Made by a program: the position numbers and the translations under genes. Source: Amoebidium appalachense (taxonomy: Eukaryota > Protista > Ichthyosporea). From it: a stretch of DNA of 64,000 nucleotides. The stretch spans positions 620,001 through 684,000 of the forward strand of contig CAVNZM010000006.1 of assembly GCA_963693365.1 (NCBI GenBank). Direction: 5' to 3'. Below are positions 51,878 to 64,000 of the stretch, in pieces; position 1 is the stretch's first letter; each line of letters starts with the position of its first letter. The notes under the pieces were generated by a model, which was not told the origin of the DNA, did not search any database, and worked only from the letters and a program-made list of their open reading frames with translations.

Positions 51878-52360
51878 AATGGTGATGGCGGGCAGAAAAC
51901 TAAACAAACAAACAAACAAAGAAAAAAAAAAAACAGATGTATTGAAAGGGTACGGGTGGGTGGAGTGGGCGGCTACCAGACAGATGGAGCCGAACATGGG
52001 CACGAGGGCGAAGGCCGCAGCCAGGGCATATCCGCGATAGGTGGGTGCTGATTGGTCGGCCAGAAACACAATGATGGCCCGCATGATGAACGGCCCCACC
52101 ACCGTGCATGCGGCAGACACGCCCTGCAGCACCCCCGTGTACACAAGGTCCCGCCAGTAGAGGGACAGCAGCACGCGGTACAGGGAGGGCCTGTGTTTTT
52201 TAGCGTCTGGGCGGCTGGGGAGGGCTTTGACGCGCAGCAGCTCTGTGTGCCAGGCGGCAGCAAAGAGCCGGTAGTTGGGCTCTGCCTGGTCGCACTCCTC
52301 CACCTCCCACAGGTCCTCCGGCTGCAGCTGCCGCCTGGCCCCCAGCAGCAGCAGCGGCGT

Positions 52361-52423
<63 letters not shown>

Positions 52424-54455
52424 ATAGGTGTGGTTGGATGCCGTGTGAGGTTTGTATCTTGGGTGTGATTGAATGTGCGAGCTGTGAGCACACGTCCACC
52501 GGAGCATGCCGTGGAACATCTTATGGAGCATCACACGTCCTAGTCTGTCGATGAACATAGGAATATGCAGTAACAATACACCGGAAAGATAACTTGGGAA
52601 TGCATGCCCACATGTATTTCACCAAACATTAATTTTGCAAGATTCTCCATGTGTGGGACAAAATGAATGTACGACTTTGGCAATGCACATCCAAAGAAAG
52701 CATATGGCAACTCAAGAGATAAATACTTTTAGAGGTTTTGCTAGCGCTTATCCCACCCGTTCGTATGACAGCCAAGCACGTGTGAATGCACCAGCCCAAA
52801 TTATGCTCTTCAATCGTTGATCGATTGTTACCCGGTGCACCATCAAAGTTTCATTATATAAAGTTTCATTATATGCAACTTTTCCTCACGGGGAGGAAAG
52901 GTGCTATTCAGTTATGCCGTTCATAGCAGTATGGAGGAAAGGGTGACTTCTAGTGGGAAGAGGCTTATCATTTCGGAAACAGGTACCAGGCAGGTGTGCA
53001 TTTTTCCCGCCCTTTTCATAATGGGGAGAGGGAAGAGGGGGGCGGAGGGGGGGGGGGGGGGGGGGGTACCTGGTGGAAGAAAAGGCGAGAAAACCATCCT
53101 GCAGTCTGCAGAGGCGATTTCTCATTGGGTGGCGGTGAAGACACAAAGCCGGGCTCAGAGGTCTCTCCCGGCGTCACGTCAAATGCACCCTCAGAGGTGA
53201 TGGACTTGCCGGTGCCTAACGTATGGTTTTTTCAGTAGTTGGTTTTTATTTTCTTTCCATGTTTTATATGAAAATTGCTCAAAATGCACTTGTCCAGCAT
53301 GGATTTGTGCGTGCCCATTTGTCGGTGTTGATGGATTTGCATGTGTGCCATGCAAACGTGTGACTATCTTAGGGTGAGTGTGTGGTTGCGCGCCTGTGCC
53401 TGTGTGTGTACTTGCACGTAAAACCCGTGCAGGTTTAAAGCAAATATTGTGTGTGCGCCCACGCCTGCCAGCTGTACCACGTACCGTACGTGTACGGTGT
53501 GTGGGTGTGTGCACAAGTCACCAGAGTATGACCTCTTTTGGTGTATAGGTGTATGTGCGTGTGGGGAGGGCGGGGGGATGCGGGGGCTTGGGGGGGCGGG
53601 GCGGGGGGGGGGGGGGGGGGGGGGATGTGGGGGGTGGGACGGGGAGATGGGGAATCTGTGTGTGCACACGTGGGGGAAGAAGAGGGGGCGAAGGGGGGGG
53701 GGGGGGGGGGGGGGGGAGTATCTATTAAATTTTGGATTCTTTAAATCGAACAGATATTATGATGGTAATGGTTTTGAAGTCAGCCCCCAGAAAACTCGTC
53801 AATACGATCATCGCTGCTCGTAGGCTAAGTGGTTGGTTCATGTTTTTCTTCTTTGGATTTATGCACCAGCATAATAATGGAGCTACATGTTCAAGTATCT
53901 TGGGAAACACGTAGGCAGTAATCACTAGCATCCGCAAAGAATTTGACTAATCATCCTAGGACACGAAGTCGAAGAAAACAGAACTCAGCTGTTTCATTAT
54001 TAGGTACGAAAACATCAGGGACGAGTTTTCGCTGTGTCCCGCAGTATGTTCCCTTGGTTACCGCAGTACCCACGGCCATACGGGGTGATTCAGAAAGATA
54101 AGAAGTAGCACGTAGAAATGTGTACCAATACCCTGCGCCACCTGGAATTCATCAAACTCCGCGGGACAGCAGGATGGGGAAGCTCGTTTTTCATACATTT
54201 ACATATTACCAAAACACAGAATATGGCCGGATTTTCGCACACGATGAAAGTAGTATGCATAGCCCATGAGTCTTTTGTTGACTGCCCCGGGATCATATAT
54301 ATATGATGTGGCATATGTATAAAAATTTCCCTCAAAATTTGAATAATTGCAGTATTACAAAGGGGGAATGGCACACGTTCACGCCACATGCACAGAATAG
54401 CCTCGCCTTTACCTGTGTGCTTCTTGCCATTCTCGCTTTTGCTGAAGGGGGCCAT
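42648..54455 (-). CDS. ABC transporter subfamily C (MRP-like, short form without TMD0), complete multi-exon gene A
   Basis: Exon 1 [14 protein letters not shown]|gtaaag (start inferred); [16 protein letters not shown]|VTPLL..EDLW; TMD1 exons; NBD1 [21 protein letters not shown]; TMD2 [25 protein letters not shown]; NBD2 [26 protein letters not shown]; terminal exon 42648-43127 with an acidic tail. Confidence 0.93.
43230..43365 (-). repeat. About 5 degenerate copies of the 23-bp unit cacacacatggccacctaatatg in the last intron of ABCC gene A
   Basis: Reverse complement of the larger array at 58310-59230. Confidence 0.85.
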
Positions 54456-55142
54456 CACGCGAATTATCCTCTGCTCTTCTCTCGTCCCGCGCCGGCGCTA
54501 CAAAACACAAAAGGTCCCAACGAAGTTACTGTTGCCTCCACTAAATTCACTAAGCAAGTGTGCACATGTCTGGTTCATTTGTCAGCGTGGGTCAGTATGA
54601 AACCCAGCACCAACACTGCCTTTTGAACCCACAACCTTTGTGTGCACACAGTTGTGCCACGGCACACGACTCCACTTCGTCTTGTGTACATTTCAGTGAC
54701 ATCATAGTCATACTGCGCAACATGACCATATATGGCAAGAGTAGCTTGTTAGTTCTGATTGGCTTATATGCACCAATAGATACTTGCGTATCTGAGATAT
54801 GACCAGCTAAGCCAATCGCAGGCCTTCCGCCCCGGCGGATGAGCAGGGTTCGAAGTTACGAAAAAAATCGGAATTTCTGATATTTGAAAACACAGTTCCG
54901 AAAATCGGCCCGGCCAAATCGGAACGTCCGAGAGCCCCCCCCCCCCCCCCCCCGGGTCCCGGGGGGAAGCTTCTCATGACTTCGCAGGTCTCATCATACA
55001 CGGGGCATACACCACCCACACAAGCTGCACACGTACGTACGTGTCTCCCTGTCCCTGTAGAATGTTCAATGGCAGACCCTGACTACAGCGCCAGCCTAGC
55101 ACATGTACATGTTGTCACACCAAACACATTTATGCACACACC

Positions 55143-55192
<50 letters not shown>

Positions 55193-55823
55193 TTCACACA
55201 CACACAGCCGTGACACCACATATGCATCATAGCCATGCATGGCCACATGAACATACAATGCACATGCCTGCGCATGTATATATAGGCCGGCCTCCACTTC
55301 AAGACTCCCCCCCCCCAGAAATCGAACCCCATTTCCCCCTCCTCCGCCGCCCACCGTTTCCTCCACCAGTGCTGCCCCTCCTTCTCCCCCACCGCCGCTC
55401 CGGCCTCACCCCCCTCCCCCCCCCCCCCCCCCCCCTCTCAGGCGGATCCCTCCCCCCCCCCCCCCCCCACGAGAACTCCCCCCCCCCCCCCCCCCCGCCC
55501 ATTCCCCCCCAGGAAGGCCTAAACATGGAATGGATCTAGATGCTCAGAGTCGACGGCCACCAGGTGCAGGTGCCACGTGTATCACGATCAGTGGCACGCG
55601 TCTTCAATGGCAGGCGATACACACACTGTGCACCACTGTGTTCCGTTCAAAGACACACATCCACATACATACACAGCCGTGACACCACACAATCATGTGA
55701 CCTAGGTTAGTACACGTGCACAGGCACATACTATCTCAGATCATGATAACTGTATTACAAACGTGCACATGCATCCACCCTGTACAATCACATGCTATGC
55801 ACCCACCCACCCACCCACCCACA

Positions 55824-55864
<41 letters not shown>

Positions 55865-55915
55865 ACACTGCACACACACACCATGTACACGGCGCACGCA
55901 CACACACCCCGTGGC

Positions 55916-55950
<35 letters not shown>

Positions 55951-56146
55951 CAAGAAACCGTTGGTACAAACACACACACCCACACTGGCATGTACACACA
56001 CACATACACAGACACACACACCCTGGCAGCATACATACACACCACACTGCACACACACACACATACTACATACACACACTGTACATACATACACACACAC
56101 CATAACCGTTGACACAAAACACACACACACATACACACAATGTCAT

Positions 56147-56192
<46 letters not shown>

Positions 56193-56467
56193 ACATGTGC
56201 ACACCGTGCACACAACATAGACACACACACACCGATTACCGCTGACACAAATACACACACACACACCTGTACACATACACACAGACACACACACAGTGCA
56301 TACATACCAACCACACACACACACACACACAATTGCAAAGAAAAATACTCACACACACACAAACACAGACACAACCATGGCCACCCGACCTGATTTTCTT
56401 CCCCCCCCCCCCTCCCCCCCCAAACATTCGATTTCTGCCTGAGCTTCCCATGTTGCTGCCTCAACTC

Positions 56468-56507
<40 letters not shown>

Positions 56508-58309
56508 CACTCCCTCCCTCCCCTCCCCCAGAATTTTTAAATACGGAGACAAAATGTATATATATATTGTGCATTATGTAATGCACTTCATATTTCCCTT
56601 TTATTCGTTCAAAGCTTCAAGTGCCAACACCAGGAAGGCTCTAATAACCACAGGGGTTTTTGATATGCATTATAAATACATTTTGATGCAATATAGGCAC
56701 AAATAAGCATGCCCTAGTTTACTGATGCGCGATGATTACGATTTTTGGTGGGCCTGCTCCGACGGAGCATTCCGATTTTCGAAGAGGTTTTCCGAAACGG
56801 GATTTCGACTTCCGTTAAAGGGCTCCACCGTCCTTCGAACCCTGCGGATGAGCCACCCAAGCTTTTTTCGCGAGTCAAAACAAAACATGGTATGTTCACA
56901 TTCTCAGATTTGCATAATTATACAGCGCTGAAGTAAAGGCAATAGATTGTACAAATACTAGTGTTCTGTTTGTCGAATCCTCTGATATTTGTATACATGC
57001 TTTTGATTGAGTCTTCAAAGACGGTGAGCACAAGTGGCACAGGCTACAGCCCGGAAAAATATGTAACATTACGTAACAAGCTATACCACCTTTGATTGGC
57101 TAGTTCAATTTGGTTGAAACTTGAAAACCCCCAGGGTGCATTCCTGGTACATTTAGATCTAGATTCTAGGGTGTTGCTGGCAGGCGCTTGCTGCACGTCG
57201 ACGGTCCCATGAGCACGTCTTACGGAAAATGGCGGCTAAAAAGAGTGTATGAGATGAGAAAGCGCTTGGTTTCAAGGTTTTATCTCAATAGAGGAAGGTG
57301 AGTCCAGGATGGCTGCGAACCTATGACGTCACTTCCTGAATGATTCGCACGTAACCGGTTCTCCTATTGGAAATCTATCATTTATACGTTTTTTCGTATT
57401 GCGATCGCAAGCTCGCAACTTCGGCCGTTGCGTTCTAAAAAACAACAACTTGGCAACAAGCTGGTAATAAGCCTTCCACGTGCATGTGGTTGTGTTTCTT
57501 TTCAGTGTTTTTCTTCTATACACACCTGCATGCATCGTCCGTTCGAATTTTTGCCAGCCATAGTAAAACCTAGAAGAAATGAAGGCACAGTACGACACTA
57601 GGCCATATGCACACAAGCTGAGCTAATGTGCGTGTCTCAATGGCTGGAGTTGGCAAAGGTGTGAACATCTTTGTAGTTTGTATAATAGGACTTGGTTTGG
57701 TGCTTAGGTGCACAAATCTTAGTTAAAGGCTGTATTAATAAGACCGTTGTATGGTATCAGCAACACGGGCCTGTCAATTCTGTGCCTTGCAGTTTCCTCT
57801 TACCTCCAGGAGATCTTTATATGCGCACGGTGTCTGCACCACTGGTTATGTGTTGCGCATGCTGTCTGGTTCGTGCTGTTTGTGCCTCTGTAAGGCTGAT
57901 AAGCATCGTGCGTTAGAAACCCTCACGTGAATGGTGTACGCGTTATAAATATGTAATCAAAACATCCGGTAGTGACTAAGCGTCGGCCATCATCTGGGGC
58001 ATCCCCCCACATATTCATACAGAAACCCGAAAACATGAGTTGGCCAAAGCTCTTGCACACGAATTCGCGAATGCATGATCAAGGCACACACTGCGTCACA
58101 GACTGACCTGCACATGCATTCACAAAAACAGGCGCATACACGCACACGCCAGTGTATGCACACGTAACCATGCACACAAAGCCACCTGGTCAGCCGGAAA
58201 CATAACGCATCTACACCTCAACACATGTGCGCAGATGTGCTTAGGCAAACACTCAACAGGCGCGGACACTCCCTCGTACGCCGGCATCCACCAACTTACC
58301 CATGGATGC

Positions 58310-59230
58310 GCACACATGGCCACCTAATATGCACACACACAGGGCCATTTAATATGCACACACATGGCCACCTGATATGCACACTGAAAACTTGGTTGTG
58401 TATCATATCGTAGGCAGACACTGATCATATGGATTGTGCCAATCTTGAGATCGGACTAACCTCGGCACCCACAAAACTGGACCCAGGCATGTATCCAATC
58501 TGATCGTATCTAGCCGAGACTGCCGCCCTACCCAGGGGCAGTTCGCCATGCGAGTGGGACGACAGCCGCTTCCTGACCAACCATTTTGATTGGCCAGTAC
58601 GCGCGACTAACTACAGGGAGCGACTCCCGTAGTCCGTCCGACAATATACACAACCATGTTTACAACACACATGGCCACCTAAAATGCACACACATGGCCA
58701 CTAATATGCACACACATGGCCACCTAATATGCACACACATGGCCACCTGATATGCACACACATGGCCACCTAATATGCACACACATGGCCACCTAATATG
58801 CACACGTACGGGCACCCAATATGTACACACATGGCCACCTAATATGCACACACATGGCCACCTAATATGCACACGTACGGGCACCTAATATGCACACACA
58901 TGGCCACCTAATATGCACACACATGGCCACCTAATATGCACACGTACGGGCACCTAATATGCACACGTACGGGCACCTAATATGCACACACATGGCCACC
59001 TAATATGCACACGTACGGGCACCTAATATGCACACACATGGCCACCTAATATGCACACACATGGCCACCTAATATGCACACACATGGCCACCTGATATGC
59101 ACACACATGGCCACCTAATATGCACACACATGGCCACCTGATATGCACACACATGGCCACCTAATATGCACACACATGGCCACCTAATATGCACACGTAC
59201 GGGCACCTAATATGCACACACATTGCCACC
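58310..59230 (+). repeat. 23-bp minisatellite (cacacacatggccacctaatatg and variant cacacgtacgggcacctaatatg), over 25 copies, interrupted by a MITE
   Basis: Directly visible tandem array with two interleaved unit variants. Confidence 0.93.
58385..58664. mobile_element. 280-bp MITE with TG...CA ends, 18-bp imperfect TIRs and a 4-bp target-site duplication (ACAC)
   Basis: Left tgaaaacttggttgtgta versus reverse complement of right tgtaaacatggttgtgta (16/18). Removing the element plus one ACAC restores the minisatellite unit atgcacacacatgg exactly. Confidence 0.75.
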
Positions 59231-59354
59231 TGACGCCATTCGTGTGGAGTTCACACAGCGGCAGACCCACATCAACCACACGACCATGTGCCCCTAAATT
59301 TAACCCTCTTCTGTCCCCTCCACCTTCTATTTTCTCTCTGACTGCTAGGGGCAG

Positions 59355-59717
59355 ATTCTGGTGCTGGACGGTGGGCGGGTGGCTGAGTATGGCCGGCCGG
59401 CCGATCTGCTGCAGAACCCCACCGGCCACCTGTCGGCCCTCATCAACGAAACCGGCCCGGCAAGTGCCGCCCGCCTGAGGGCCATAGAAAATGGCCAGGT
59501 GTCGGTGTTTGACGTGATCAGGGAAACCCACCAACCCCAGCCACCCACCCCCACCACAGATATCAGTAGTACTGTGCCTGTTGATGGTGCGGGGCTGGAG
59601 GATAGAGGGGAGGGTGTGGTGGTTGTAGTGGACCCAGCAGCCTCTGAGTCAGATTTAGAGGAGGAGAATGGGCACGTGCATATGGCTGCAGCCTTTGGAG
59701 CACATGGCCGACACTAG
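59355..59717 (+). other. Orphan inverted ABCC terminal exon (end of NBD2 plus a distinct acidic tail, 120 aa), no upstream exons on this strand
   Basis: gggcag|[44 protein letters not shown] is nearly identical to the gene A terminal exon, followed by a different open tail to TAG. The upstream intron sequence is homologous to 43128-43365. Confidence 0.85.
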
Positions 59718-59787
59718 GTTACTGAGGTCTATGGGCCTAGTGGAGGACGCTGTGTCTGTGCACAGTAGGGTGAGCAACAGGTAGAGG

Positions 59788-59842
<55 letters not shown>

Positions 59843-60957
59843 TGTGTGCGTGTGTGGTGGTGGTGGTGGTGGTGGTGTGGGGGGAGGGGAGGGGGGGGGA
59901 GGGGAGGGAGGGAGGAGGAGTGAGGCAACACCTGTTGGGGTAGGGAAAGGAACTGGTGCCTGCATTTAACCGTTAGAATGAAAAAAGTGTCATGCCACAC
60001 GATGTATCTGTATAGAAATAGATGTAGTTAGACCAATTTTTAGTAAGGTTTAAATGCTTTAAAACCTTGTCCACGCTGAAATGATTACATGGTATGATAT
60101 TTATATATTTATAATTAGTTGAGACCTACAGGTATATTAGATTTTACAAGAACTAGATGTGCATTGTCGCGTTATTCTGAGCCAATATTAAGGATTATTG
60201 CTTCTTGCTTGCTTGTACAGTCACAGATATGAATATGGGATGAACCAAGTGCACAAAAATGCATCTGAAATCAATTTTTGATGTGACATATCTTATCTTT
60301 TTGGGTGCCCGGGAGAGAAGAGAACGTATGTATGTGACAGGTTGGCTAGGGCTCGGATCCATGGGCACATTTGCTGTTTCCTTTTTTAGGGCATATATAC
60401 CTTACTATATATATGTCAACAACGGAGTGATGACCATGGATGGAGAATCCTGTTGGGGCGAGGGGAATCTGGTAAAGGGAATGTGACAAAAAAAAGAAAA
60501 ACTTCATTCAAATGTTCGTTGCAGGGGAGACACTTGAACAGCAAGACCACATTCTCTCTCTCTCTCTCTCTCTCCCTCCCCCCCCCCCCCCCCCCCCTCC
60601 CTCCCTCCCTCCCCTCCCCCCCCCCCCCCCCCACCCCACCCCCCCCCCCACCCACCCACCCACCCACACACACCCAACCCCCCACACCCCAATTGCAAAA
60701 AGCACGCGACGCACGTGTGCACACGCAAACAAAAACATAGCCTAAGGCACAAACCGTTCGCACACTGTGGGACACGTACGCGTGTCTCCGAATCTTCCGA
60801 AATGTGCGCCGGAGGCTGTATCTACAAAACACACACAACTTGTTGTTTGTTGCATGCTGCACAGGGGAAAATTATTTGTCAGTGAGCAGCACCACCATCC
60901 GGATCCCCCCTCCCCCCCTATCGAAGACGGGAATCAACAACACGGCCATACCCCCCT

Positions 60958-60988
<31 letters not shown>

Positions 60989-61662
60989 CACCCCCCATGC
61001 CCCCCACCCCCCACCCACCCACATAACATGTACAAGGGTGTACAAACATGCCCACAAACGGGTGTGCCCTGTGGCCCATGGATGTACTTCTTGCACAGAA
61101 GCTACTAATTTTTATTATGGCTGCCACACAGTGATACCACTTAGTCTACTTTGCTGCAGCCTACTGCAGTACCTTACCGTATTATTAGATGTATGACACA
61201 GAATTATGGAGGGTAATAACAGAATTAAACACTTCCATATGCATCTTTCACTTCAATATCACCATTACCAGTATACACAACCACCCTGTCTTCAACATCA
61301 TCACGCGTACGAAAAGGATATCCGGTGGAAAAACTACAACTAACCTCGTCTAAGAACTTTAAGACTTCTCTACACTCAGCTAATCACTCGATCCGCATTC
61401 AAAAGTGGGGTTGGACGGGAAAAGTCTGGAACCTAAACTACTGTACAACTATCACTGCATACATATGTTCTTCAAATTTGTGCTCATGCATCCTCAGCAT
61501 AGCAATTCCTAATCAGTCCATAAACATTAGGCAGGCCTACTAACTTTCACACTATGTCCGTATAAACTTTCCATTTTGCAACAGAACCTACTAATCGCCA
61601 CACCACGTGCATAGCATTGAACCTGACCTTCTGCATCACACACATACGTTCACCATATCCCC

Positions 61663-63474
61663 CTATTGGTGACTCCCCACAGACACCCCATCATCCTCCC
61701 CACCCAGCAACCGCATGGACCGAACAGACCGTGTCTCCATAGAGTACATCACGGGGGCCATATGCTCAATCACCTGCGACACATCCACAGGCCCATCCTC
61801 ATTTGTATACGAACCCCCCTGATCCTCCGAACCCTCCTCCCCCTCCACTCTTATGGCCACCCTAGAGCTGTCCCCACCCCCCTCCTCTTCTGCAGAACCA
61901 CTTACAGAGTTAAGAACCAGGGTTTCAAATTGCTGCTCGTCACTAATGACCGCTGTATCAGTCAATTCTGTAGTGGGTGGAGCTGGAGTCGGGGTGTTTT
62001 GCTCTGGGTCCTTCAGTGCATCAAAGACCGACAACTGGCCATTTGCTATAGCCCTCAGCCGGGCGGCACTTGCCGGGCCTGTGTCGTTCACGAGGGCCGT
62101 GAGCATGCCGTTGGGGTTCATCAGCAGGTCACGTGGGCGGCCATACTCAGCCACTCTGCCCTTGTCCATGACCAGCACCTTGTCTGCGTCCATGACGGTG
62201 TGCAGGCGGTGGGCAATTGTCAGCACGGTGGCGTGGTGCAGCTGGGTGCGCAGGGTGCGCTGGATGGCCGTGTCGGTGTCGGTGTCGACGTTGGCCGTGG
62301 CCTCGTCCAGCACCAGCACCCGGGGCCGCCGCAGCAGCGCCCGGGCCAGGCACAGCAGCTGGCGCTGGCCCACGCTGAAGTTGGCGCCCCCCTCGGCCAC
62401 CTGCCCGTCCAGCCCGTTGCCCAGCCCCCGCACCGTGGCCCCCAGCTGCGCGGCCTCCAGCGCCCCCCACAGCGCCGCGTCATCGTGGCGGCCCAGCGGG
62501 TCCAGGTTGAAGCGCACCCCACCCACGGCGCCAAAGGCCGCGTCCCTGCCGCCCAGCTTCTGGGAGAACAGCACGGGGTCCTGGGGGATGATGGCCAGGC
62601 CCCGGCGCAGGTCCCCCAGGCCCAGGCTGGCCGTGTCGACGCCGTCAATGACAATGCGCCCGCCCTCGGCCTCGGCCATGCGGAACAGCGCGTTCATCAA
62701 CGTGCTCTTGCCGCTGCCCGTCCGCCCCACAATCCCCACCTGCACCACAGACAGTCAGCGGACAACATTCTGTGCCGCATGATCTCCACTGCCGGAGCCC
62801 AGCAAATTAGCACCTGTCCGCCTGCTCTCCTGTCCCCCGGCAGCACAATTCAAAAAATCCACACCAGCGGCATTGCCTCCACTAGCCCATATAGATAGCT
62901 ACAAAAACCCCTTGCACAGCCACTTCTGTTTGGTCACCCTCCATCAGACCACATTTCCTACACAGTGAGACACTGCAGCCAGCAGCCATGTGCCCTGTGT
63001 ATACCTTCTCGCCGGGGTGCACCGTGAGGCTGACGTTGTCCAGCACCAGCGGCAGCTCCGGCCGGTAGCGCATCGTCAGCCCCTCGAACCGCACCTCCCC
63101 GCGCTGAGGCCTACGGTGACCAAAAGGTCAGGGCACATGGCAGTCAGGTGGGTTTATGTGACTGGCACTAGGACCAACAAAAAACCAAACAGCCGCAGTA
63201 TGATACTATAAGGATATGCACACCGTCACAATGCTTAATGGCATGCACACCGTCATAGTCATTAAGGTTAGGCCCACCGTCATAGGCATACACAAATGAC
63301 AATGCTGCATGTGTGGGTGCATACCAATCGGAAGGCGGCTTCTTGTCAGGGGCCGACTCATAGTCAGCCTCGGCAATGGATGGGTCTGCATACTCGAGGA
63401 TGCGTTCCACACCCGTCATGCGAGTTTCGGTCTCTGCTGCCATGCGTGCCGCCCAGTTCATCTGCATCACAATC
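61663..63474 (-). CDS. ABC transporter subfamily C (MRP-like) paralog B, 3' exons only; gene continues beyond the window
   Basis: [26 protein letters not shown]; [23 protein letters not shown]; NBD2 [26 protein letters not shown], then an acidic tail to a stop at 61663. Confidence 0.92.
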
Positions 63475-63484
63475 CTGCGTGTGC

Positions 63485-63559
<75 letters not shown>

Positions 63560-63644
63560 CGTGTACGCACGTGCGCGTTAGACATGTACGAGTGTTTAAA
63601 TGTAAGCATACTGAGTGAGTAGCATTCGTGTGTACATGTGTCGA

Positions 63645-63961
63645 TGTGTCTATCTACACATGCATATATCTTTATATCTGCATACTTCCTTATCTAAATA
63701 CACATATATCTCTCTATCTACATATCATATATCTGTAAATCTACATACCCCTCTATCTACATATGCATAAGATATATGCATATTTGCCTATCTCTATCTA
63801 CACATGAATATATTTGCATATCTGCATGCCTCCCTATCTAAATATGTGTATATCTGCACATCTGCAGACCTCTCTAGCTACATATGTGCATATCTCGATA
63901 TCTACACACCCGTCTATCTACATTTGCATATATACGCATATCTCCATACCTCTCTATTTAC

Positions 63962-63965
<4 letters not shown>
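63645..63965. repeat. Degenerate tandem repeat (tatctacacatgcatatatc-like) followed by (CA)n
   Basis: Recurrent ctctatctac / atatgc motifs in an intron of ABCC paralog B. Confidence 0.7.

Positions 63966-64000
<35 letters not shown>

Noticed and set aside
58665-59230. Regular 23-bp repeats resembling a CRISPR array
   Set aside because: Units are head-to-tail without unique spacers, no cas genes are present and the context is eukaryotic; this is a minisatellite.

Overview
Eukaryotic, intron-rich genomic DNA. The gene set (INTS3, GOSR1, an Rcf2/HIG1 protein, a THAP protein, an OAS-like enzyme, MRP-type ABCC transporters) suggests an opisthokont, possibly a unicellular relative of animals; that is inference only. 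Introns are packed with poly-G/poly-C runs and (CA)n/(TG)n tracts, which generate most ORFs in the supplied track as artefacts. Genes assembled by eye: 5'-truncated INTS3 (+, 1-12513); intronless Rcf2/HIG1-domain gene (+, 14343-14957); six-exon 2'-5' oligoadenylate synthetase (OAS)-like nucleotidyltransferase fused to two C-terminal dsRNA-binding domains (+, 20675-26418); an 87-aa orphan (-); GOSR1/Gos1 (-, 29904-36566); a THAP-domain gene resembling a P-element transposase N-terminus (+, 37307-38359); one complete ABCC transporter (-, 42648-54455) and the 3' part of a second (-, 61663 onward). Two things stand out. First, the OAS-2x-dsRBD protein is a candidate dsRNA sensor; its third catalytic position appears to be Asn, and an ~80-bp hairpin lies 1.8 kb upstream. 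Second, an orphan, inverted, open copy of the ABCC terminal exon with a different tail (59355-59717) leaves the ABCC gene body bracketed by inverted repeats, so an inversion would swap its C-terminus. Exon boundaries were read manually and no searches were run.
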